Translations under genes and position numbers: made by a program
Shown here: positions 10,103 to 19,924 of the stretch, one piece after another
Layout of the letters: each line of letters starts with the position of its first letter
Position numbering within the stretch: the first letter of the stretch is position 1
Source: Chloropicon primus
Lineage: Eukaryota
DNA: 64,000 bases
Direction of reading: 5' to 3'
Assembly (NCBI GenBank): GCA_023205875.1
Contig: CP060760.1
Coordinates: forward strand, 248,001 to 312,000
The notes under the pieces: generated by a model
The model's input: the letters and a program-made list of their open reading frames with translations, nothing else
Told to the model about the DNA's origin: nothing
The model's database searches: none

Positions 10103-11239
10103 ATGTTGTCTCGTGTGGGAGGGCTGGCGTTCTCGGGGCGGCTGGTGCGAGGAGGGAGGGCGGTGGCGTCCATGCCGTTTCTCCCGTCGTACTCGACCAA
10201 GTCGGAAACGACGACGACGACGACGACTCGGAGTGACGACGAGAGGAGCGACGAAGCTCTCGAGGCTGCGTTGAAGAACATTGACAAGGTGCATGGGACG
10301 GGAACGGTGATGAAGCTTGGGTCGGCTTCGGAGCAAGTGAGGAACTGCAACGTGATTCCGACGGGATCCTTGCAGCTGGATAGCATTCTGGGCGTCGGCG
10401 GGCTCCCTCGTGGGAGAGTCTGCGAGATTTATGGTCCCGAGGCGAGCGGGAAGACGACCCTTGCCCTTCACATCATTGCGGAGGCTCAGAAGCGGAACGG
10501 GACTTGCGTTTTCGTTGACGCGGAGCACGCTCTGGACAGGGAGTACGCCGACCGGATAGGGGTGGACACGGATAACCTACTGCTCTCTCAGCCGGATACC
10601 GGGGAGCAGGCCCTCGACATTGTGGACACTTTCATACGGTCGTCGTCCGTGGACGTCATCTGCGTGGACTCTGTGGCGGCCTTGGTCCCGAAGGCGGAGC
10701 TGGAGGGCGCCATGACCGAGCCCCACATGGCCCTCCAAGCGAGGCTCATGTCCAAGGCTCTGAGGAAGATATCGCACTCCCTGAGCAAGTCCGGGACGCT
10801 CCTCGTGTTCCTGAACCAGGTGAGGCAGAAGATTAACATGGGCGGGTTCAGCTACGGGATCACGGAATACACAAGCGGCGGAACCGCGCTCAAGTATTAT
10901 TCGAGCGTGCGCATGGAGATCCGAAAGATCGGGAGCATTAAGAGGGAGAACGAGATCATAGGCCACAACGTCCGGGTCAAGGTGGCCAAGAACAAGGTCG
11001 CGCCCCCGTTCAAGCAGGTGCAGCTTCAGCTGGAGTTCGGCAAGGGCCTCTGCCCTTACTCGGAGGTGCTTGACCTCGGCCTGCACTTTGGCCTGCTGCA
11101 GCAGAAGGGAAGCTGGTTCGCGATGGACGGGGAGAACATCGGGCAGGGGCGAGAGTCGGCAAAGGAGTTTCTGAGGGACACTCCTCAGGTGTACGGCGAG
11201 CTGCGAGAGTCTGTGAGAAAACTGCTTTTCACAAAGTAA
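10103..11239 (+). CDS. recA: Bacterial-type RecA, organelle-targeted
   Basis: IPTGSLQLDSILGVGGLPRGRVCEIYGPEASGKTT, VDSVAALVPKAELEG and KNKVAPPFK; N-terminal R-rich presequence. Confidence 0.96.
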   Translation: MLSRVGGLAFSGRLVRGGRAVASMPFLPSYSTKSETTTTTTTRSDDERSDEALEAALKNIDKVHGTGTVMKLGSASEQVRNCNVIPTGSLQLDSILGVGGLPRGRVCEIYGPEASGKTTLALHIIAEAQKRNGTCVFVDAEHALDREYADRIGVDTDNLLLSQPDTGEQALDIVDTFIRSSSVDVICVDSVAALVPKAELEGAMTEPHMALQARLMSKALRKISHSLSKSGTLLVFLNQVRQKINMGGFSYGITEYTSGGTALKYYSSVRMEIRKIGSIKRENEIIGHNVRVKVAKNKVAPPFKQVQLQLEFGKGLCPYSEVLDLGLHFGLLQQKGSWFAMDGENIGQGRESAKEFLRDTPQVYGELRESVRKLLFTK

Positions 11240-11302
11240 AAACAAATGATGATTTTTGTAATGTGCGCGCACGTGCGCGCGCGTCGTGTCCGTGTCGCGT
11301 GT

Positions 11303-12843
11303 TTACCTGCACTTGTACGTCCACATCGCCAGGAAAAAGAAGAGAACGGCAAAGGTGAGGGAGAGCGCGCGCTGCGAGACTTCGCTCCTCATCTTCTCCT
11401 CCACCGGGGTTCTGTCCACACCGAGGTCCCCCTTCGCAACCCTCGCGCCGGCGGAGCTGCCCCTCAGCCAGCTTGGCAGGAAGGCGTCCAGCACCACCCC
11501 CGTGGCCGCCGCCGAGGAGCTCGAGACCACGGAAACCAGGAAGTTCCTGACCTGCTCGTCCCCGGCCGCCGAGCTTAGGATGTCCTTGACGAGTTCCGAG
11601 TTGCTGCTCTGGCTCGGCCTGGGCAGCTCGGGCGTGGACGACAGGGACGCCTTCACCCCGCTCACGACGCTGGTCGGCGAGTTGCAGTTGGAGCTGCAGT
11701 TCGCCAGGGGCGGGTCGGCCAGGAGGGCCGGGTACTCCCTCGGCGAGCACAGGGCGTCCCCCGCGGTGTTTCGGAGGGCGTGGTGGCCGCCCCCCGCCGC
11801 CTGTTGCGGGTCCGAGGGGGCCATCACCGTCTCCGTCCACACCTTGCAGAGCTTGACGCAGAGGTTCTCCACGAAAGACTTGTGCTGGGGCTTGATGACA
11901 GTCTCCATGATCTGGTCGTACGTGTTGATGTGGATGGTCTTGTCGATGTAGATCGAGGTCGACTCCACGACCAGGGTGATGAGCAGGTCGCTTATGAACT
12001 CCTTCCCCTCCTCCGAGAGCAGGATGTCCTTGTACTTCTCGAAGGCCTCCCCGGAGCTCGTCTGATCGCTGGCGTTCTCCATCAGCGTCTCGATGGTCTG
12101 CCTGGCCACGCTGGCGGCCACGACGGAGAAGAAGCCGCCTCCCTGGTTGAACACCTTCTCCAGGGTCTGGCCCACCATGTTGTTCGTGGAGGAGCTCATC
12201 TTCCTCAGCCCCCTGACGACCTCCGGGCCGTCCGAGTCCGACTCCCCGCTGCTCTTATTGTTGTGCGCCGTCCTCCCGCTCGTCGAGGCCTCCGACTCGC
12301 CCGACTCGGACGAGTCCGGCGCCCCGTCCTCGCCCTGAGCCCTCGTCTGAGCGAGCACGCTCTTCAGCGTGGCCTTCACGTTCGCCTGGACCGCCTCCTG
12401 GGTCTCCTCGCAGCTCGCAAGCTTTATGGCCTGCCTTATCGACTGAGGCACCACCTCGCTGTCCGAGGAAAGGAACTCCCTCACGTCCTTGGCCAGCGTG
12501 CCGAGCGCCTGGCGACGACAACAAACGAAGGAGAACGAGAAGAAGATGAAGAAGGAGGAGGGCGAGGAGAAAGAATGCGTCAGGAATTCTTCTCGCTGCT
12601 TATTTTGCTTCTGCCGTTGTTTCTGCTGACGAAGCCCAAACTCATCCCCCAACGCACGGTGGGAATGGAATGTCAAAATGCGTTCCTTACCTCTGCGGTG
12701 TCCTGCGTGGTCTCCACGACGTTCCTGAAGGCTTGAGTGGTCTTCTCGAACCATCCCCTCCTGTAGGCCTCGTACGCCGCGACTCCAGCGCAGCACACCG
12801 TCGCCGCGGCGACCGCTTTTCCCCTTCCCCTCGCAACCGGCAT
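11303..12843 (-). CDS. PHLOEM PROTEIN 2-LIKE A10-like protein (2 exons)
   Basis: Exons 12843-12691 and 12508-11303 with a GTAAGG...CAG intron. VREFLSSDSEVVPQSIRQAIK and IYIDKTIHINTYDQI...KPQH match plant PP2-A10 as recalled. Hydrophobic segments at both termini. Confidence 0.75.
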
Positions 12844-13808
12844 GACGAAATCCTCTCGTCACAATCCCTTTCTCCCTCGTGGCGTGGCTTCACGAGTAAT
12901 CCACCAAATTTCGCGAGAGAGGCCTCTTTGGAACCGCAAGAGAGAGACACAAGCGTTGACCCGGTCCTCCACTCGTGTTACTCCTCCCTCCGACCGCGAG
13001 ACACGTCTAAAAGCAACGACGCACCTCTACCCCCTCGTGCGTTTGCTGAGAGTCTCCTGGGTCGCTGACTCAACGGAACGGAAATGTTGCGAAAGGAAAA
13101 CTCGACTTTTCGGATAACCTCTCTCATAAAATCAATAAAACAAAGCAACGCGTGTGGATTGTCCTTCTATTTCGCCCCCACCTTCAGCAGTTTCGGTTTA
13201 GGACGAATTTCTCGAATTCTTAGCGTGGGTTTAGCACTCACTTCGATCATGTAACTTCATGCACAGAATTCCAGTGGCGGACGCGATCGCCCTCGCTCGA
13301 GAGGGAGAGAGAGAGAAAACACAAAACACAAGAGAGGGAGGAGCGCGTGGGCCTCGAACTCTCGATCGTGACCTTCGCCTTGAGCGTTACCGCGATCGGA
13401 GGGACGTAACGGGCGTGCGCGGTGCTGCGTCTTCTTCTTTTTTTCCTTTTTTTTTTTTTCTTCCCTGCGTTTGCGCGCGACCCTCTTTAGGAGAGAAAGG
13501 GAAAGGGATCTTCTTTTTTCTTTTTCTTTTGAGGGAACCCTCGCCGTCGTACCTTTTGTGTGCGTGTTTTTTGGGAACTCGCCCGGTGGCGGCCGCTTGG
13601 TTTGACGGAGCGTTGAGATCGCTTGCGCGAGCGTAACGCCCAGAAGTCTGGCTGGTCGCGAGGATCAACGTACGGACGACACGACCACCGCCTCCTTTTG
13701 CCTCGTAGAAAACGAAAAGACGTGAAGGACTCGCGGGGGCTTTTCGTAGGAAGAAGAACAAACTTAATTAGAGGAGCTCAAGAGAGTCGAGAGAGAACAC
13801 CTTGAAAG

Positions 13809-15443
13809 ATGGCTCACAACATGATACCGCCTCAGGTGGCCATGACGCCCCCACCCCAACCACAAACTTATGCGAACGCGTCCTCCCAACAGCAGCAGCA
13901 GCAGCAACAACAACAACAACAGGCTGCTGCCCTGTACCAGCAGCCCATGGGTGCCATGCAGCAGCAGCACCCCATGTACGCCATGCCCATGGGATACAAC
14001 CCTGCCATGATGATGCCAAACTACTATATGCAGCAGGGCATGCAGAGGGGCATGCAGATGCCGTACGGCATGCAGCCTCCACCGGGCTCGAATCCCGCCG
14101 CCCAAGCCGGCTACCAGCAGCAGCAGATGGGCCACCAGCAGGGAATGCCCCCGCCACAGGCGCCCCAGCAGCAGCAGCAGCAGCAGCAGGGTGCGGCGAA
14201 CCCCGGAGCGGTCGTCCCCTCGAACGGAAACGGAGAGGGCTGGAAGAACGGTCTTCGACTTCCACCCAAGGACGACAGGGTCAGGACGAGCGATGTGACC
14301 AACACGAAGGGCTGCGAGTTTGAGGACTTTTACCTCAAGAGGGAGCTGCTCATGGGAATTTACGAGAAGGGCTTCGACAAGCCATCCCCAATCCAGGAGG
14401 AAAGCATTCCCATCGCTCTCACGGGAAGGGACGTCCTCGCCAGGGCGAAGAACGGGACCGGAAAGACCGCCTCCTTCATCATCCCAATCCTCGAGAGAGT
14501 GAAGACCACCAAGAACTGCATCCAGGCGCTCATCTTGGTGCCAACGAGGGAGCTGGCGCTCCAGACCTCCCAGGTCTGCAAGGAGATCGGAAAGAACCTC
14601 ACCGGGTGCCAGATCATGGTGTCCACCGGTGGAACGACCCTCAAGGACGACATCATGAGGCTGCACAACCCAGTGCACATTGTGGTCGCCACGCCGGGTA
14701 GGATTCTGGACCTCGCCGAGAAGGGCGTCGCGAGGCTCGGCAACTGCGAGATGTTTGTTTTGGACGAGGCCGACAAGCTCCTTTCCGTGGAGTTCGAGCC
14801 GGTCATTGAGAAGTTGATCCGAATGTGCTCGGAAACCAGGCAAATCATGCTCTTCTCCGCCACCTTCCCTGTCACCGTGAAGGCCTTCAAGGAGAAGTGG
14901 CTCAAGAGGCCTTACGTGATCAACAAGATGGACGAGCTTACCCTCAAGGGAGTGACGCAGTACTACGCCTTTGTGGAGGAGAAGCAGAAGTTGCACTGCC
15001 TCAACACCGTCTTCAGCAAGCTGGACGTCAACCAGTCCATTATATTCTGCAACTCTGTGAACAGGGTGGAGCTGTTGGCCAAGAAGATTACCGAGATGGG
15101 CTACTCTTGCTTTTACATCCACGCGAGGATGCTCCAGAGCCATAGGAACAGGGTCTTCCACGACTTCAGGAACGGAGCCTGCAGGAACTTGGTGTCCACC
15201 GACCTGTTCACCAGAGGAATTGACGTGCAGGCAGTGAACGTCGTGATCAACTTCGACTTCCCAAAGACCTCCGAGACGTATTTGCACAGAGTTGGAAGGT
15301 CCGGAAGGTTCGGTCACTTGGGCTTGGCCATCAACCTCATCACGTACGAGGATAGGCACAACTTGTTTAGGATTGAGAAGGAGTTGGGTACTGAGATCAA
15401 GAGCATCCCACCACAGATTGAGAAGAGCCTGTACTGTGCTTAA
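13809..15443 (+). CDS. DDX6: DEAD-box RNA helicase DDX6/Dhh1 (plant RH6/8/12 type)
   Basis: Q/P/M/Y-rich low-complexity N-terminus; [20 protein letters not shown] and [15 protein letters not shown]. Confidence 0.96.
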   Translation: MAHNMIPPQVAMTPPPQPQTYANASSQQQQQQQQQQQQAAALYQQPMGAMQQQHPMYAMPMGYNPAMMMPNYYMQQGMQRGMQMPYGMQPPPGSNPAAQAGYQQQQMGHQQGMPPPQAPQQQQQQQQGAANPGAVVPSNGNGEGWKNGLRLPPKDDRVRTSDVTNTKGCEFEDFYLKRELLMGIYEKGFDKPSPIQEESIPIALTGRDVLARAKNGTGKTASFIIPILERVKTTKNCIQALILVPTRELALQTSQVCKEIGKNLTGCQIMVSTGGTTLKDDIMRLHNPVHIVVATPGRILDLAEKGVARLGNCEMFVLDEADKLLSVEFEPVIEKLIRMCSETRQIMLFSATFPVTVKAFKEKWLKRPYVINKMDELTLKGVTQYYAFVEEKQKLHCLNTVFSKLDVNQSIIFCNSVNRVELLAKKITEMGYSCFYIHARMLQSHRNRVFHDFRNGACRNLVSTDLFTRGIDVQAVNVVINFDFPKTSETYLHRVGRSGRFGHLGLAINLITYEDRHNLFRIEKELGTEIKSIPPQIEKSLYCA

Positions 15444-15747
15444 GAAGCACCCGGAGAGACTTCAGCGACAGGAAAGAGATGCAGAAGAGAGAACCAGAGT
15501 GATCCGCAAGCGCCGCGCGAGGAGAGAGGCTTTCCTCTTTCCTCGGGGCGACTTGCTTGTATTAGTAGCGCGTGTACATTGATGTGACAAAATCAACATC
15601 CGGAGAGGTTCCGGAGCATGATGAGAATAACAACACCCTGGCTCGGGGAGGTCCCGAGTCGATATGTGCTAGAAAGAGCATGAGTTTTTGTTTGTAATGT
15701 ACTTTTCTCAAGCTCCTCACTTGACAAGCAGTCAATTTGGTTTTTGT

Positions 15748-15752
15748 TTACA
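15748..15752 (-). promoter_or_regulatory. TGTAA green-algal polyadenylation signal (SelK 3' UTR)
   Basis: TGTAA lies just downstream of the SECIS. The same motif follows other genes on the + strand at 11257, 15693, 37571, 48942 and 58402. Confidence 0.6.
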
Positions 15753-15777
15753 AGATAGTAACAAAGGTTTTACCCCC

Positions 15778-15852
15778 CCGGTCGTGGCAGTTCAGTCGGC
15801 ACGGTCTTTCTCGACTTCCCGTGTCGTCGTCATATATCTTGGCCCTCGCCGG
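15778..15852 (-). promoter_or_regulatory. SECIS element (type II-like) in the selenoprotein K 3' UTR
   Basis: Minus strand reads CCGGCGAGGGC..ATGAC-GACGACACG-GGAA-GTC GAGAAA GAC-CGTGCCGAC-TGAA..GCCACGACCGG. This gives an AUGA/UGA GA-quartet, a helix II with two mismatches, an unpaired AA about 12 nt from the core, an apical mini-stem and helix I. Confidence 0.8.
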
Positions 15853-15897
15853 TGTACCTCTGCATGAAAAGGGTGGTGCCTCAGCGAGCACCGCCCC

Positions 15898-16209
15898 TTA
15901 CCTTCGTCATCCACCGCCGGGAACGTTTCCGGAGCTCTTGTAGTCCTTTATCCCGGCTATTCGTGGACCCCTGTTCCTCGGCCCTCTCGGGTTACCGCCC
16001 CCTCCTCCGCCCCCTCCGCCGAAGTTGTTGTTGCTCCTCGCCCCCGTCGTCTTGCCCGTCCTCCTGTAGTGGTTGGCCTTCTCCAAACTAAACATGGTCT
16101 CGAAGAACTGGCCTATCACGTTCATCAAGGACCAGAAGAGGTCGGAAATGATGGAAAGCCTGAACGGGCTTCGCTTCTCAACGATGCGACCTTGGACGAC
16201 GTGAACCAT
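15898..16209 (-). CDS. SELENOK: Selenoprotein K (SelK/SelG family), Sec at UGA 15909-15907
   Basis: MVHVVQGRIVEKRSPFRLSIISDLFW N-terminus, a single TM and a G/R/P-rich region. Ends GGA TGA CGA AGG TAA, i.e. GGG-U-RR-stop, with a SECIS downstream. Confidence 0.9.
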
Positions 16210-16572
16210 CCTTGCGTTCTGCCCCCCGGCCCTCGTCCCCCTCACCGCCTCCTCTCCTCTCCTCTTCGTCTCGCCTTCTTCCTGGAGAATCTGTCCCTCG
16301 ATGGCCTCGAGGGCCTCGAGGGCCTGGGTGATGGTGATGGTGATGGTGATGGTGGCTGGATGGCGATGGTGGTGGAGGCAGGGGTTGATCCGAGTCAAAG
16401 ATGACTCCACGGCCTCTTCCTCTTTCGCAAGGACCCTCACTTGCTGGGGAAAGGGACAAAGAAGGCGATTGATGATGGCGAATGAACAGAAGGACAAGGA
16501 GTGAGAGTGTGTGTGGGTGGGGGGGGGGGGGAGCCCGAGAAAGTCGCTGGAGTCATGCAATCTTGAATTACT

Positions 16573-19311
16573 TTAGAAGTTATGCGAGCTAAAGTAGGTC
16601 GACAGGCACAACAGCTTCTTCCCCCTCGATCTTGCCGCGGTGAGGAAAAGCATAAAGTAGGCCAAGGCCAAAGTCATGACACAGAGCATGCCCAGCATGA
16701 TGAGGCAGTGCTTGATGTTGAGCAGGTCGAAACCGTAGAGCTCGATGTAGGTGGACCCGTCCTCGATCGGGCAGATCTCCACGGGGAAGGAGGACTCCTC
16801 GCCAAGACTTTCGGGGTAAAATCCGCCAGCGGAGTCCGGGCCGCCCTCGGCGTCGACGTTGAAGCACCGGTTCACGAGCTGCAGCACGTCCATGTTCCCC
16901 GGCTGGACCAGAACGCTGCTGCATTTCGTGACCAGAGTGCTCTGGTCGTCCCTGAAAGGGCCCAGGGTCGCAAGCCTGGCCCCGCAGGTGGGGTCCGAGA
17001 GAGCGCGAGCCGTCCAAGACAAGCAGTCCACCGCTTTGGGATCATCCACTCCACAGTCTCGCGAGAAGTTAGCGAAAAAGTCTGTGACTTCCCTTGGGCA
17101 GTTTCCATCGCCTTGGGCGTCGGGCATCACGTCCCCCAAGTCGAATCCCGATGGCACCCCCTTGATGAGCTGCGAGGGCGTGCAGTGCAGCTTGAGATCA
17201 TTGAACTCGTTCTGCATCAGCGCGGCAAAGGCGTATCTCACTGGGGAGATGGCTTGGACCCAAGCCACGTAGTCTGGCGTGTCCTCGTACGAGATGAAGA
17301 ATCCCGAGAAGAGCATGAAGGGCAGCACAAAGAGGGGGGCAAGGGACAGGGCAACCGCGACGTCCCTGAAGGCGCTGGACAGCAGCAGCCCAATGTTCGT
17401 CCCGCACAGGTTGACCATGACCAGGCAGAGGCAAAAGATTGCGAACTTGCAGCCGTCTTGCTGCAACCCAATCGCAAAATAGGAGCTGGCCGAGACCAGG
17501 ACCGGGATCAGAATCTGAAAGGGGTACTCCACCAGGATCTTGCTGCAAAAGTAGACGAAGACGGAGTACGCCCCATTCGAGTACTCCCTGATGAAGACGC
17601 TCCTCTCGCTGGAGAAGGCAGAGAGCACGCTGAGCACGGAGGTGAAGAGGGTGCCGGCCACGAAGTAGAACAGGACCCCAGACCTCGCCATGATTCCGGT
17701 CTGGTTCTCGCTGACGTCCCAGAACACCGCCAAGGCGATCAGAGTCGAGATCAGAGCTTGGATCAGCCTGGACGGGAGAAGCATCTTGTTGCGGAGAAAG
17801 TGCTTGAACCCCCTCTTGGTGAGCAGGACGATCTGCCTCCAGACGGGGACGCAGGACTTCAAGCGAAGCAGGACGATGTCCTTGATGCTGATGCTGCTCT
17901 CGGACACCTTGTGCAGCAGGGTCGATTGGGTCTCCTTGCACGTCACCGACAGCCTCCAGGACTGGTGGAGCTGCTCGAGCTTGGAGTCCCCGGAGGGGCC
18001 GGACAAGTTCAGGACGTGGAGGAAAAAGTAATCGCACGGGTTGCTGAACGGAGGGCACGAGTACCCCAGGTCGCAAAAGTACTCCACCGATTTGGAGGCC
18101 TCTCCCCAGTACACGGTCTGCCCGCTGGCCAGCAGCAGCATGTCGTCGAACATGTCGTACAAGTCGCTGGAGGGCTGGTGAATCGTCATCACGACCGTCT
18201 TGCCGAGGTGGCACAACGTCTTCAGGACTCCCCCGAGGCTGTAGGCGGCGTACGCATCGAGGCCGGAGGACGGCTCGTCGAGGAATATGATGCTCGGGTT
18301 GGTGAGGAGCTCCGTGGCGATCGCGCACCTCTTCCTCTCCCCCCCGGACACGCCCCTCGTGCCGTCGATGCTGGACCCGATGATCGTGCTCTGGCACTTG
18401 TCCAGGCCGAGCAGGCGGATGGCGTTTGCGGCCCTCTGCGCCTTCTTGGAGTTCGACATGGTGTACGGCAGCCTCATGTGCGCCGCGAAGAGGATCGTCT
18501 CCTTCACCGTCATCGTGCTCAGCATGCAATCGTCCTGGTGGACGAACGCGGAGATCTCGCTGATGTCCGTCGGGGAGCAGGCCTCCTCGCCGTTCAGAAT
18601 GATCTGGCCGGACGTCTTGGTGAGGTTCCCCCCGAGAATATTCAGCAGGGTGGTCTTCCCCGCGCCGCTGGGTCCGAGGATCGCCAGCATCCTGCCCGAG
18701 GAGTGGATGCCTGAGATGTTCTGCAGCACGTGGTGGAGTCCTGGTGCATTAGAGAGAGAGAGAGAGAGAGAGAGTGGCGTGGGAGGGTTGTACGTCAGTT
18801 CAGTTGGCGTGGGTGAGAACACACACACATACACGTGCGGGGACTTACCTTGGTCGTCGACCTTGAGCTTGCTCTTCTTTGGCCCGAAGCAACCCGGGAG
18901 CGCGTTGATCGCGAATCCGATGTTCTCCACGGCAATTTGGACCCCGCCGCCGTCCCCACCGTACAGCGAGGTCTCGCTGCTCATCACGACGATGCCAGGC
19001 CCGCTGCTCAGCGCCACGCCTTCTTGGGCCAGACCCTCCGACGAACTGAGTTTGACCCGGATCGTCATCTCCGCGGAGCACCCCCTCATGGACGAGGCGA
19101 TCACCTCCAGAGCAGACCTCGGCGTGAGGATCTCGGACCCGCTGAACTTGGGCTCGGCCGCGGGCTCCTCGGCGGGGCACCCCGCATCGCAAACCCCCTG
19201 GAAGATGCGGGCGCTCGCGCCACTCTCATTCGCATCGTCGTCGTCGTCAACAACCCCCAATTTCTGGTTCTCGACGTCCGCCGGCGGAGCAGGAACCCCT
19301 CCCTTCCCCAT
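16573..19311 (-). CDS. ABCG (White-type) half transporter
   Basis: NBD before TMD; GPSGAGKTT, VSGGERKR, LDEPSSGLD and TIHQP. Probable in-frame intron at 18741-18848. Confidence 0.93.
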   Translation of the reverse strand: MGKGGVPAPPADVENQKLGVVDDDDDANESGASARIFQGVCDAGCPAEEPAAEPKFSGSEILTPRSALEVIASSMRGCSAEMTIRVKLSSSEGLAQEGVALSSGPGIVVMSSETSLYGGDGGGVQIAVENIGFAINALPGCFGPKKSKLKVDDQGKSPHVYVCVFSPTPTELTYNPPTPLSLSLSLSNAPGLHHVLQNISGIHSSGRMLAILGPSGAGKTTLLNILGGNLTKTSGQIILNGEEACSPTDISEISAFVHQDDCMLSTMTVKETILFAAHMRLPYTMSNSKKAQRAANAIRLLGLDKCQSTIIGSSIDGTRGVSGGERKRCAIATELLTNPSIIFLDEPSSGLDAYAAYSLGGVLKTLCHLGKTVVMTIHQPSSDLYDMFDDMLLLASGQTVYWGEASKSVEYFCDLGYSCPPFSNPCDYFFLHVLNLSGPSGDSKLEQLHQSWRLSVTCKETQSTLLHKVSESSISIKDIVLLRLKSCVPVWRQIVLLTKRGFKHFLRNKMLLPSRLIQALISTLIALAVFWDVSENQTGIMARSGVLFYFVAGTLFTSVLSVLSAFSSERSVFIREYSNGAYSVFVYFCSKILVEYPFQILIPVLVSASSYFAIGLQQDGCKFAIFCLCLVMVNLCGTNIGLLLSSAFRDVAVALSLAPLFVLPFMLFSGFFISYEDTPDYVAWVQAISPVRYAFAALMQNEFNDLKLHCTPSQLIKGVPSGFDLGDVMPDAQGDGNCPREVTDFFANFSRDCGVDDPKAVDCLSWTARALSDPTCGARLATLGPFRDDQSTLVTKCSSVLVQPGNMDVLQLVNRCFNVDAEGGPDSAGGFYPESLGEESSFPVEICPIEDGSTYIELYGFDLLNIKHCLIMLGMLCVMTLALAYFMLFLTAARSRGKKLLCLSTYFSSHNF

Positions 19312-19924
19312 CGATGTCGAGAGATCCGCGACTTAACGTGGTGGCAGACTTCAACGTCGTCCTCGTCCTCGTCGTTGTTCTCCTCCTCCTCCTCGTCGTC
19401 GTCGTCGTCGCGGCGATGATCCGTTACGCTCGCGCGTTATCTTTGACCGGCCCCACCCTCACCAGAAAATTACATGCGAGTGATTTTTTGGATTTCCCAG
19501 AAATGGACATGAAAATTGGCTGAGCCTTGCTTAATGCTGAAGCATCATCCGATTGTCCCATGTCCAAAGGCAAGTTGAGAGGAGGAGGAACGTGTCCACG
19601 GCTTGGGACCTATGTGTTTTGGACTCCCAGACCTCACTCCCTCACGTGACCACCGCACGATATGGAGATTGTTATGGAGAGGACGTCGTTCGTTTTGCCA
19701 TCCCCGCTTCTTCTTCTGGTTGCCTTTGCCTGTTGCTTTTGAGGACATATTTATAACCATAACCACGGCACACACACAACAAAAAAGTATATTATATTAT
19801 AATCTATTATTCTTCTCCTTCCCCTCCTGCTTCCTTTTTTTTTCGCTTCGTTTCCTTTTGGCTATTTTCTGTAACGCTTTTTCTGCGACCCCTCCGTCCT
19901 CAATCGCCTTCAGCTTGCGAGGAG

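Noticed and set aside
15618..15685. ATGATGA C-box-like motif suggesting a snoRNA
   Set aside because: No CTGA D box or terminal stem at a suitable distance.
16582..18714. 710-aa + strand ORF, and similar long ORFs at 675-1832, 2479-3993, 13764-15359, 30633-32369 and 55681-57204
   Set aside because: These are antisense shadows of real genes caused by high GC3 codon bias; they have no recognisable motifs.
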